The notes: generated from the sequence alone by a model not told the origin. A stretch of DNA of 64,000 nucleotides from Patescibacteria group bacterium UBA1406 (GCA_002305675.1 DBQA01000006.1:25422-89421), one strand, 5' to 3'. Shown: positions 15,208 through 23,555, counted from the stretch's first letter. Numbers and translations are program-made.

Positions 15208-15894
15208 ATGACTGACAAAAGACAACCAAAAACAGACCAACAACCACTCATCAAAACAGATGAAACCCAAACCAAGCAGGGAAAGCGGTTTGAGCTAATG
15301 ACCAAAAACGGATATAGACTGGATGAGGTTGTCAGTGCCTTACAGAAATCAATCAGGAGAGGACAGGAACAAAGGGCTGTCTATTGGGCTTATGAGATGT
15401 TTGAATCGGGGTATATCAAGTATCTGTGGAGGAGATTATCAGTTATAGCTCTGGAAGACATAAGCCTCGCAGACCCATTCGCTGCGGTACTGGTCAATTC
15501 TCTGGCTCAATCCAGTGAACGGATCAATCAGAAAGACAAGATTGAAGTACTTCACCCTGGAATGGCTGTGATCTACTTGTGCCGAGCCAAAAAGTCCAGA
15601 GAGGTGGATTATTGTTTGGAAATTGTCGAACACCAGAGAAAATCTGGTGAAAAATTAAAACTGGAAGATTATGAATTGGATAGCCACACCGAGGAAGGTA
15701 AAAGAAAGTTAAGAAAACAGGCTAAAGAACAAGGAATTAGTTATGAGCGATTGGTCGATGAACAGTTCTATTACGAGGGAGCGTTACTGGATAACTCTGT
15801 ACCAGTTATGGATGACAAATGGAAGAAGGAAGTTTGGGAGTTAAGGAAGCTGGATAAAGGAAAAATTGATAATCAGCATAAAACAGAGAAATGA
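15208..15894 (+). CDS. Hypothetical protein with an MgsA/RarA C-terminal-like helical domain (no AAA+ module)
   Basis: VVSALQKSIRRGQEQRAVYWAYEMFESGY...LWRRLSVIALEDISLADPFA resembles the MgsA_C pattern (S.L.KSIRGSD.DAALYW.ARM...GEDP..I.RRL...A.EDIGLADP). Confidence 0.45.
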   Translation: MTDKRQPKTDQQPLIKTDETQTKQGKRFELMTKNGYRLDEVVSALQKSIRRGQEQRAVYWAYEMFESGYIKYLWRRLSVIALEDISLADPFAAVLVNSLAQSSERINQKDKIEVLHPGMAVIYLCRAKKSREVDYCLEIVEHQRKSGEKLKLEDYELDSHTEEGKRKLRKQAKEQGISYERLVDEQFYYEGALLDNSVPVMDDKWKKEVWELRKLDKGKIDNQHKTEK

Positions 15895-16040
15895 GGCTAT
15901 TCACCTTGGAAGTACAGGGTGACTGGTATATTTTATGCAAGGAGAGCTAAAGGCTATCATCCATGCAACATACAGGGTGGGAGCTCTTTTGTGCATGGAG
16001 CAGTTATAGGTCATAATTAGTATAATTAGAGCATATTGAT

Positions 16041-16838
16041 ATGTATATTGAACCGATTCCTATTGAAATTGAGGATAATAAAGTCTTTGCACAAATAGCT
16101 TATCTTTTAGATGGAACAAGCATTATCAATGAAATACTTGAAATTAGGGAATCATTCAAAATCCAGAAGCCATTTGATGCTGATAATCGTAATGCTTGGA
16201 AAACGCACTTATTAAAACTGGCTGGATACGACCTCAATGAATATAAGGATATGAAGAAAATCCATGCAGGTGATCCCAACTTGGATAATAAAGAGTGGGA
16301 AAAACTGAAACGATGGTCAGTAGAAAACGAGCAACATCAACTACAATTTGTACAACTTCAAAAACAGTTCTGGGAAAAAATTGCCCATGTAAGGCGACTG
16401 TATCACTATCCTCCTCTTTATGACGATGTAATTATCCAAGCGGTTTTATTTAACAAGGTATCTCATTTCAAATCCGCTTATGCACGATTAACCCATGGGA
16501 ATGAAACCGATCTGCTTATAGGAGATGAAAACGATATTGTACATAAAATCATTTTGACTCCTTACGCCACCAGAGAGGATGTATTAGCTGCGTTTGATGA
16601 GATTAAAGGAGAGGAAACAAAAAAAGAGTCACAATTAACTGATCCGCCTTTTTCTCCTAAACTGGAAGCGGATACAAGGAACAAAATTAGAGATTTCCGT
16701 AAGTGGTACTGGATGAACTATAAAAACAATCCAGACAAGGTAGGTTATCGTAAGTTGGCAAAATTAACTGGCATGAATATGGAAACAGTCAGGAGTGGAA
16801 TCAGGTCATATTCAGACTTCATTAGCTTCAAAGCATAG
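16041..16838 (+). CDS. Hypothetical protein with a probable C-terminal HTH
   Basis: 265 aa. The C-terminal GYRKLAKLTGMNMETVRSGIRSY looks like a helix-turn-helix. No family recognised. Confidence 0.45.
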   Translation: MYIEPIPIEIEDNKVFAQIAYLLDGTSIINEILEIRESFKIQKPFDADNRNAWKTHLLKLAGYDLNEYKDMKKIHAGDPNLDNKEWEKLKRWSVENEQHQLQFVQLQKQFWEKIAHVRRLYHYPPLYDDVIIQAVLFNKVSHFKSAYARLTHGNETDLLIGDENDIVHKIILTPYATREDVLAAFDEIKGEETKKESQLTDPPFSPKLEADTRNKIRDFRKWYWMNYKNNPDKVGYRKLAKLTGMNMETVRSGIRSYSDFISFKA

Positions 16839-16907
16839 TGTTGGTTTAGCGACACCCAATAATAACAACTTATAGAGTGCCATAAACCTTTATATCATCT
16901 TCGTAGT

Positions 16908-17117
16908 ATGAAGATGAATAAGAAATCGCAAAAACTATCTTCTCCCAAATGGCTGACAGAAGAACTTCAATTCAAGGTTAGGTCTGTTTTTGAGCCAAAG
17001 TACAATCGCCCCCTTTCTGATGACGAAGTTATTACTATTGCTGAAAACCTGGCTGATTTTATGGATCACTTTTTCAAGTTCAAATGGAGATTAGACTATG
17101 CAAATCAAACAAAATAA
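16908..17117 (+). CDS. Hypothetical small protein (69 aa)
   Basis: ORF only. It is in a co-directional array with its neighbours and overlaps the next ORF by 20 nt. Confidence 0.35.
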   Translation: MKMNKKSQKLSSPKWLTEELQFKVRSVFEPKYNRPLSDDEVITIAENLADFMDHFFKFKWRLDYANQTK

Positions 17118-17346
17118 TCAGGAAGAATACTCGACCAAAGATTTAGGTCACGCAACAGCCTTACTTACTGCCGGAATCAGGCTCATCCGCCTTGAAAAGG
17201 AATTCAATTTTTACTGGTTTGTTTTTGACAGCCAGGGTGCGGAAGAAATAACAAACGCATACCTCTCTGGAGAATTAAGACAACCAGTCAAGCAATACAG
17301 TATGAATATGCGTTTTCTAAAAGATCGTTTATTTGCAGAACGATAA
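17098..17346 (+). CDS. Hypothetical small protein, DUF5659-like
   Basis: The pattern YSTKDLGHATALLTAGIRLIRLEKE.NFYWFVFDS resembles a phage/CPR small-domain family (DUF5659, from memory). Weak call. Confidence 0.4.
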   Translation: MQIKQNNQEEYSTKDLGHATALLTAGIRLIRLEKEFNFYWFVFDSQGAEEITNAYLSGELRQPVKQYSMNMRFLKDRLFAER

Positions 17347-17371
17347 CTATTTTTTAATAGATGAATATTAT

Positions 17372-17722
17372 ATGGAATTAAGAATTAAAATCTACGCTCT
17401 CGAAACAGACTTATCGCTTCAAGCCAGAAGTGACAATATCCTTGCCTTTGTTACTTGGATTTTCAAGACAGACATTGGTGATATTAAAATTAAAGGCGGT
17501 ACTATAAGGAGAAAAGAGTTCGGATCTAAAAGCCTTTTATCCTATGATGTCCCAGCAATTAAAACCAGACATGGATATAACAAGGCTTTCTTCATGGACA
17601 ATAAGGAATTATTTTTGAAATTAAGTAACTTCACCATTCAAAAATACTGCGAAGAAAGCGGTGAACCAGTTAGCGGTTTTTCAAATATCGAAGATATTAA
17701 CCCCGATGAAATACCAATATGA
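17372..17722 (+). CDS. Hypothetical protein (116 aa), possibly SpoVG-like fold
   Basis: I prefer the ATG at 17372 (MELRIKIYAL...) over the TTG at 17333. The alternating-strand N-terminus (ILAFVTWIFKTDIGDIKIKGGTIRRKEFG) is loosely reminiscent of SpoVG. Low confidence. Confidence 0.35.
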   Translation: MELRIKIYALETDLSLQARSDNILAFVTWIFKTDIGDIKIKGGTIRRKEFGSKSLLSYDVPAIKTRHGYNKAFFMDNKELFLKLSNFTIQKYCEESGEPVSGFSNIEDINPDEIPI

Positions 17723-17738
17723 TAAAAGCTATAATGAA

Positions 17739-17822
17739 AGTAACTATTATAGTTACTATTAAGAGTAACAATAGTAACGGTGACTATATTGTTAAAGTAG
17801 TTAGTATCTGGTAAGAGGTAAC
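17739..17822. promoter_or_regulatory. GTAAC-motif cluster and palindrome upstream of the serine recombinase gene
   Basis: A 19-bp palindrome AGTAACTAT-T-ATAGTTACT at 17739..17757. Three further GTAAC copies at 17765, 17774 and 17818. All lie in the 111-nt gap before the recombinase ATG. Confidence 0.35.
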
Positions 17823-17833
17823 AATATAAAGAT

Positions 17834-19381
17834 ATGTATATGAATAATAGTATTATTTACATTGACTATAAGAGGAAATCATCAGAAGCTAAAGAACGCC
17901 AAGCTCTTTCACTAAAGGATCAGGGTGCAGAAAACAAAAAGGTTGAGCTTCGGGAAAAACTTAATGTTAAATACCGATTTTCAGAAAGTCGGTCAGCGTT
18001 CAAACCTCACAACAGGCCGGATTTTGATAAGGCCATTCAACTTATTAAAAGCGGAAAAGCCAACGCCTTCTTATGCTGGAAAGAAGATCGGCTTTGTCGA
18101 AACCCTGAAGAAGGTGGAATAATACTACAGTTATTGCAGGACGGTATCCTCAAAGAAATCCGCACAGCCACAGGAGCGGTCTATACACAGGACTCTGACC
18201 ACCTGATCCTACAAATACACTTTGGTATGGCTAATCAGTATTCCCGAAACTTGAGCCAGAATGTAAGGCGAGGCCTGAACCACAAATGTGAACGAGGAGA
18301 ATACCCAAGACCAGCCCCGATTGGTTATGAAGGGTTTGGGGATATCGGTCAAAGACAAATGAGGCCACACCCGACAGAATCAATCGTCATTAAAAAGCTG
18401 TACGAGTTAGCAAAAACTGGTGGATACTCACTATCCCAACTGGTAAAAATTGCTCAAGAGTTGGAACTAAAAACGAAACATGGAAAAAAAGTAAGTAAGA
18501 GTCACCTCTACAATATCATTACCCGACCAACTTATTATGGCTATTTTTACCACAATGGTGAGATGTTCGAAGGTACATACGAACCAATTATCACCAAGAA
18601 ACTATTTGATGAGGTGCAAGAGGCATTACAAAGGCGTTCCAAGCCTAAAGTGAAGGTATGGGAACACACTTACAATGGATTGATTACCTGTGGTGATTGT
18701 GGCTGTCAGATCACAACTACTATCAAAACAAAGTATTACAGAAGGACAAACAGGACTGTTGTTTATACCTATCACCACTGTACCCATCGCAAAGGTAACT
18801 GTTCCCAAAAAGCTATAACAGGTAAAAGGCTCGAAAAGCTGTTAATTGAAGTAATGACCAAAATTAAGATTGATGAGGAAACATGGAAGCTGGGTATCGA
18901 ACTGTTCAAGGCCAAACACCAGGAAGAGATGGAGAAGTTTTCAAAACGAGCCAGATATTTACAAAACAAGTACAACAATATCCAAACCCAATTAAAAGCA
19001 TTAGTTCGGATGAGAGCGGATGAAGAACTTACCAAAGAGGAGTTTTTGGAACAGAAAGCAGAACTTCTGAAAGACAAAAAGGACATCAAGGAAAAAGTTG
19101 AAGATAACGATTACTCTGCCGACACATGGTTAGAACTCTGTACAAAGTATTTGGAAACCGCTTTTTCCGCCAGAGAAACAATAGAAAAAGGTACGCCGCA
19201 AGAAAAGAGGGATTTAATCTTGGATTTGGGTGAGAACCTAATTTTGAAGAATGGAATACTCGATTTTCGCCTCAAAAAACCTTATGACGCACTCCTCTTG
19301 CCAGAATATCGTACTAATGTGCTGGGGGACAGGGATTCGAACCCCGATTCACGGCTCCAAAGGCCGCTGTCCTACCATTAG
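17834..19381 (+). CDS. Large serine recombinase
   Basis: The N-terminal resolvase domain has IDYKRKSSEAKERQALSLKDQ (Ser nucleophile context) and WKEDRLCRNPEEG. The recombinase domain has GEYPRPAPIGYEG. There is a zinc ribbon (CGDCGCQ...YHHCTHRKGNCSQ) and a long coiled coil. The last ~60 nt of the ORF are antisense tRNA-Gln sequence, so the true C-terminus is uncertain. ATG at 17840 is an alternative start. Confidence 0.85.
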   Translation: MYMNNSIIYIDYKRKSSEAKERQALSLKDQGAENKKVELREKLNVKYRFSESRSAFKPHNRPDFDKAIQLIKSGKANAFLCWKEDRLCRNPEEGGIILQLLQDGILKEIRTATGAVYTQDSDHLILQIHFGMANQYSRNLSQNVRRGLNHKCERGEYPRPAPIGYEGFGDIGQRQMRPHPTESIVIKKLYELAKTGGYSLSQLVKIAQELELKTKHGKKVSKSHLYNIITRPTYYGYFYHNGEMFEGTYEPIITKKLFDEVQEALQRRSKPKVKVWEHTYNGLITCGDCGCQITTTIKTKYYRRTNRTVVYTYHHCTHRKGNCSQKAITGKRLEKLLIEVMTKIKIDEETWKLGIELFKAKHQEEMEKFSKRARYLQNKYNNIQTQLKALVRMRADEELTKEEFLEQKAELLKDKKDIKEKVEDNDYSADTWLELCTKYLETAFSARETIEKGTPQEKRDLILDLGENLILKNGILDFRLKKPYDALLLPEYRTNVLGDRDSNPDSRLQRPLSYH

Positions 19382-19392
19382 ACGATCCCCCA
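19322..19392 (-). tRNA. tRNA-Gln (anticodon TTG)
   Basis: Hand-folded. The acceptor TGGGGGA pairs with TCCCCCA (U1-A72). The anticodon arm is GCGGC-CTTTGGA-GCCGT and the T arm is CGGGG-TTCGAAT-CCCTG. The discriminator is G. CCA is not fully encoded. Confidence 0.9.
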
Positions 19393-19429
19393 AATATGCC
19401 TGACTGAATCAGGTATATTTTATTATCTG

Positions 19430-19459
19430 TTGCTTGCAATTACAACCCCCGTGTATAAT
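19430..19459 (+). promoter_or_regulatory. Putative sigma70-type promoter of corA (TTGCTT-18 nt-TATAAT)
   Basis: The -35 TTGCTT is at 19430..19435 and the -10 TATAAT at 19454..19459. The ATG at 19466 lies 6 nt after the -10, implying a leaderless transcript. Confidence 0.4.
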
Positions 19460-19465
19460 TTATTC

Positions 19466-20392
19466 ATGATCAAGATATATTATAAGGACTATAAATCAGA
19501 CAAACTTTCCCTGATAGACGCTCCCCGGGCCGGGGCATGGATAAACGTGGTCGCTCCCAGCCAGAAGGAGATAGATTTTCTGGTCAAGGAATTCAAGCTG
19601 CCGGGGAACTTCATCCATGGGTCGTTGGACACAAACGAACGGCCCCATATTGATGAAGAGGGCGATATAAAGTTCATCGTCGTCAGGACCCCCATCAACG
19701 ACCAGGGCGTATACTTCATCCTGCCCGTCGGTATTATTATCACCGGCCAGAACATATTCACCATATCTTTAAGGAACAATCCCCTGCTCGAGGATTTCGA
19801 GCAGAACTTGATCCGGTCCTTCAGCACCACCAAGAGGGTCCGATTTCTCCTGCAGATCATGAAGAACGCCCACCGGTACTTCGACCTGCATACCGAGGAA
19901 ATCAAGTCCTCCGTCAGCAAGCTTGAACAGAAGCTTCTGGCGTCACAGCAGAACAAGGAGGTCATCGAATTTTTGGATATCGAAAAGACCATGGCCTATT
20001 ACCATGCGGCCATCACCTCGAACGGGGCCATGTTGGACAAGCTTGTCAACCACCAGAAGATCCCGATCTACCAACATGACAAGGAGCTTCTGGAAGACAT
20101 CATCATGGAGAACAAGGAAATTGCCGAAACACTTTATTTGTTCATCAACAACCTCTCGAACACCATGGATGCCTATGCCTCGATAATTTCCAACAACCTG
20201 AATATTACCATGAAACTATTGGCCTCTCTGACCATCATTCTCGGTCTTCCCAATATTGTGACCTCGTTTTACGGAATGAATGTCGATCTGCCCTTTGACA
20301 ATAATCCCTGGGCATACTGGATAATAATCGTGTTAGTGATCGCGATGATGGCCACTTCCTTCTATATCTTCATCAAAAGGCGGTGGCTCTAG
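19466..20392 (+). CDS. corA: CorA-family magnesium/cobalt transporter
   Basis: 308 aa from the ATG at 19466; the track uses TTG at 19430, which lies inside the putative promoter. The GMN signature is in VTSFYGMNVDLPF, with two C-terminal TM helices. Confidence 0.9.
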   Translation: MIKIYYKDYKSDKLSLIDAPRAGAWINVVAPSQKEIDFLVKEFKLPGNFIHGSLDTNERPHIDEEGDIKFIVVRTPINDQGVYFILPVGIIITGQNIFTISLRNNPLLEDFEQNLIRSFSTTKRVRFLLQIMKNAHRYFDLHTEEIKSSVSKLEQKLLASQQNKEVIEFLDIEKTMAYYHAAITSNGAMLDKLVNHQKIPIYQHDKELLEDIIMENKEIAETLYLFINNLSNTMDAYASIISNNLNITMKLLASLTIILGLPNIVTSFYGMNVDLPFDNNPWAYWIIIVLVIAMMATSFYIFIKRRWL

Positions 20393-20838
20393 ATCTCGAA
20401 CCTGACGAACTCCCCGATTCTGATGTTCTCACCTAGTTTGGCAATGTGTTGGCTGACAAGTTCGCCGACAGTGATGCTGGTATCCTTGATATATTCCTGC
20501 TTCAGTAGTTCGTCCGCTGTCTTTGGCTGCATTGAAGCGATCTGCATTGCCACCTCATAGGCCAGTTTGACAAAGTCGCCGTTCCTGGCCACAAAATCCG
20601 TCTGGCATAAAAGAGCGACCATAGCCCCCACTTTCCGGTTATGATGTATATAAGTTGATACGACACCCTGTTCCGTTGACTTCTCCTTTTTCTTCTCCGC
20701 TATCTCTATTCCCCACTGCCGGAGTAGCTTTTCCGCCTCCTCGGTATTGCCGTTGCTTTCCGACAGGGCTTTATTGATAAGCGCTATGGAAGCGCCGGTC
20801 TTACTTCTGAGCTTTTTGATTTTTTCGAGGTTCGCCAT
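20389..20838 (-). CDS. tsf: Translation elongation factor Ts (short form, 149 aa)
   Basis: I use the start at MANLEKIKKLRSKTGASIALINKALSESNGNTEEAEKLLRQWG (UBA-like N-domain). The core motif is LLCQTDFVARNGDF. The upstream extension in the track ORF overlaps rpsB. Confidence 0.85.
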   Translation of the reverse strand: MANLEKIKKLRSKTGASIALINKALSESNGNTEEAEKLLRQWGIEIAEKKKEKSTEQGVVSTYIHHNRKVGAMVALLCQTDFVARNGDFVKLAYEVAMQIASMQPKTADELLKQEYIKDTSITVGELVSQHIAKLGENIRIGEFVRFEI

Positions 20839-21628
20839 TTTTTTGTCTGGTCTTGTCAGAACTTGTATCTGGAGAGTCTTTTGTCTCCGCACTCTTGGCT
20901 TTCTTCTTCTCTGCCTGCTTCAATCCCTCGCTGTAGGCGTCCAAAAGGTGTGAAACGGCGTACTCGAGAGCGGGACTGGAGTCATCGTTAATGACTATCG
21001 GATAGTCAATCACTGTCGGGTCCGAATTGGTGTCCACGATGCCGAATATGGCCAGGGGCTTCTTCCCTTCAAGCACCCGCTGCTCCTTATATTTTATGGA
21101 TTCCGCGAGGGCGTTCTTCTCCTTCTTGACATCGATGATAAGGATGTTGTCGGGAACCGTCTCCATGGTCAGTACACCCTCATAGATGTGGTGCAGTTTA
21201 TTAAGAGTCTTCTCCAGTTTTGCCCTCTCGTGCTTGATCATGCTGTTCAGGGCGCCGGAGTCACGGTCCGAGATCATCTGATTGACCTTTTTGACGTTCT
21301 TCCTGATCTCGTCGAAGTTTGTAAAAAACCCGCCCACCCATTTCTCGCTGACGTAAAAGATACTTCTTTCTTTGCCCGTCGCCGCCAAAAATTCCTTGAT
21401 GATCCTTTTGGTACCGACGACCAGGAGTGTTTCCTCGGCCTTCCCGGCCTGAAGAAGGGCGTTCATGGCTGCCTCGATGGCCGCCTTGGTCTTGAACAGA
21501 TCGATAAGGTAGATACCGTTCTGGGGTTTATAGATGTAGGGAAGGACCTTTGGATTGGTCCGGGAAATCTTGTGTCCGAAATATGCTCCTTTTTCCAGAA
21601 GCTCTTTTACATCAATCTGAGCAACCAT
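20801..21628 (-). CDS. rpsB: 30S ribosomal protein S2 with a Lys-rich C-terminal tail
   Basis: The N-terminus LLEKGAYFGHKISRTNPKVLPYIY is canonical S2. AAGGAGGAG SD upstream. The tail overlaps the tsf start by 38 nt. Confidence 0.95.
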   Translation of the reverse strand: MVAQIDVKELLEKGAYFGHKISRTNPKVLPYIYKPQNGIYLIDLFKTKAAIEAAMNALLQAGKAEETLLVVGTKRIIKEFLAATGKERSIFYVSEKWVGGFFTNFDEIRKNVKKVNQMISDRDSGALNSMIKHERAKLEKTLNKLHHIYEGVLTMETVPDNILIIDVKKEKNALAESIKYKEQRVLEGKKPLAIFGIVDTNSDPTVIDYPIVINDDSSPALEYAVSHLLDAYSEGLKQAEKKKAKSAETKDSPDTSSDKTRQKNGEPRKNQKAQK

Positions 21629-21742
21629 TTGTCTCCTCCTTTGTGCACCCCCTACCCTTTATTGCCCCGCCGCCGGCGGAGAAAGAGGATCAGGATAGAG
21701 TGTCAAAAAACTTTTAAATAATGAGAGTATATTATACACCCT

Positions 21743-22651
21743 TCAGCCCGTTTTTACAACACTTTCCGCGAGCTGTTTCTTCAGGAAGCTCCTGAATTCG
21801 CCGTTTATCTCCTTATGGTGCAGGGCGAACTCGACAACGGTCTTAAGATACTCCAGCTTGTTGCCTGTATCGTAGTACCGGCCGTTCTCTATCTCGCAGG
21901 CGTATACGGGCATACCCTGCTCCTGCAGCTTATTGATGGCGTCGACCAGCCATATTTCCCCTCCTTTGCCGGGTGTCAGGCTTTTCAGGGCGCCGAATAT
22001 CTCGGGAGGCAGGATGTAGGCGCCGTGCGTGGCCAGGTTCGAGGGAGCTTCTGCAGGGGTCGGCTTTTCGACGATCCTTTTTATCTTGAAAACCTTATCC
22101 TCCACCTTCTCCAGATCGGCTATACCGTAGCGGTGCAGGTTCTCCTCTTCCAATATCCTGACCCCGGAGATGACAATCCCGCCGTGCTTCTCCCAGACGT
22201 CGACCATCTGTTTTAGGCGGGGAGGTTCGGCATATATGAATTCGTCGCCCCACATCACGGCAAAGTTTTCATTGCCGACGATCGGTTCGCTGGACAGGAC
22301 GGGTGTACCGTTGCCGTACGGACCTTTCTGCCTGACGTAAATGAAGTTGGCCAGGTTGGCTATGTCTTCCACCTCATCCAGAAGCGGTTTCTTTTTTTCA
22401 CCGCCCATCTTAAGGTTTTCCACCAGTTCGCGGCTTGGCAGGTCGAAGTGGTCTTCTATGGCCCGCTTGGCCGACCCGGTCACCACGATGATGTCGTTTA
22501 TGCCCGAAGCCACGGCCTCTTCGACGACATACTGGATGACCGGCTTGTCCACTACCGGCAGCATTTCCTTGGGCATGGCTTTGGTCTGGGGCAGGAATCT
22601 GGTCCCGAAACCGGCTGCTGGTATAACGGCTTTAGTGATCTTTTTTTTCAT
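21743..22651 (-). CDS. galU: UTP--glucose-1-phosphate uridylyltransferase
   Basis: KAVIPAAGFGTRFLPQTKAMPKEMLPVVDKPVIQYVVEEA is the GalU signature. 302 aa. Confidence 0.9.
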   Translation of the reverse strand: MKKKITKAVIPAAGFGTRFLPQTKAMPKEMLPVVDKPVIQYVVEEAVASGINDIIVVTGSAKRAIEDHFDLPSRELVENLKMGGEKKKPLLDEVEDIANLANFIYVRQKGPYGNGTPVLSSEPIVGNENFAVMWGDEFIYAEPPRLKQMVDVWEKHGGIVISGVRILEEENLHRYGIADLEKVEDKVFKIKRIVEKPTPAEAPSNLATHGAYILPPEIFGALKSLTPGKGGEIWLVDAINKLQEQGMPVYACEIENGRYYDTGNKLEYLKTVVEFALHHKEINGEFRSFLKKQLAESVVKTG

Positions 22652-22680
22652 GTCTTTTTGAAGAACTTGTATTTCGCTGT

Positions 22681-23100
22681 TCAGTCCGAATTGGAGAACT
22701 TGATGACCAGGCCAGTACTGAGGGGGGTACCTTCAATGGAGGCGGTCACGTTGGCCGAACCTGCGTCGGATGACTTAATGGTAAAAATGGCCTGGCCATA
22801 TTTGTCGGTGACGGAATTCTGTCTGTCCAGGTACCCCAAGGAGGAGCTCATCGTGACCGATTTGTTCTCCAGGGTTATTCCTTCCGAGTTCCTCACGAAC
22901 ACGGTCAGGGTACTGAAGTCAGTTCCGTTGGCCATGGCTTCGAGCTTATTGGCGATAATCATGGACTTGTTGATATCTACATCGGTGTTGGCCGCCCGGG
23001 TGAAAACAGGGAGCCTTTTGTTGGTGATGGCAAGATAGGAAATGGTGATAAAAACTACCAGGAAGGCTGCAAAAACAATATTTAGTTTTTGGTCCGACAT
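22681..23100 (-). CDS. Membrane-anchored protein with a bacterial Ig-like domain
   Basis: An N-terminal TM (IVFAAFLVVFITISYLAI) is followed by a beta-sandwich-like segment (QAIFTIKSSDAGSANVTASIEGTPL), as in Big_1-type domains. Confidence 0.5.
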   Translation of the reverse strand: MSDQKLNIVFAAFLVVFITISYLAITNKRLPVFTRAANTDVDINKSMIIANKLEAMANGTDFSTLTVFVRNSEGITLENKSVTMSSSLGYLDRQNSVTDKYGQAIFTIKSSDAGSANVTASIEGTPLSTGLVIKFSNSD

Positions 23101-23156
23101 CGCTATAATTATAACATACTACTAATTTACTGATTGTCAACCCGGGAATCAAGACC

Positions 23157-23555
23157 ATGAAAATCTACATCGTCGGGACGGTCGGAAAGCAAAGCCAGGC
23201 ATACAGGCGGATGGTGTCCTTCCTGACCGAAAGGGGGCATGAGATCCTGAACATGGATAGTATGAGCGGAAAGGCTCCGGAAGTATCCGACGAGGCATAT
23301 TTTGAAAACAGCCTACAGAAAGCGAAACAGGCTGAAATTCTCGTTTCCATGTGTAATCAATCGGAGCCTGCCGAAATTGGATTCTGGTTGTCCTATTCGA
23401 CCTCCAAGGGACCAAGGTTTATCCTCTTCTGCCGGCCGCTGGAAGCCGACATCCTTCCGGCCTTCATAAAAGGATGCACCTTCAAGAATTTTTTCCTGCG
23501 CCATTATCAAACATGGGAGGATATTGAACGGATATTAACCTTATTCAAACTCTGA
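23157..23555 (+). CDS. Hypothetical protein, possibly nucleoside 2-deoxyribosyltransferase-like
   Basis: MKIYIVGTVG... has a Rossmann-like start and a later EIGFWLSYSTSKGPRFILF pattern. The stop abuts the ATG of the next gene. Weak call. Confidence 0.3.
   Translation: MKIYIVGTVGKQSQAYRRMVSFLTERGHEILNMDSMSGKAPEVSDEAYFENSLQKAKQAEILVSMCNQSEPAEIGFWLSYSTSKGPRFILFCRPLEADILPAFIKGCTFKNFFLRHYQTWEDIERILTLFKL

Larger units (their letters stand above)
5290..19392. mobile_element. AT-rich accessory/integrative island next to tRNA-Gln (defence module plus two recombinases)
   Basis: There is a clear drop in GC: sampled 60-nt lines are about 27-42% against about 50% in the flanks, estimated by hand. The island holds type I R-M and CBASS-like genes, a tyrosine integrase, a large serine recombinase and small unknown ORFs. 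Its right end coincides with the 3' end of tRNA-Gln. The left boundary (5284..5404) is only approximate, and no clean direct repeat was found. Confidence 0.6.
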
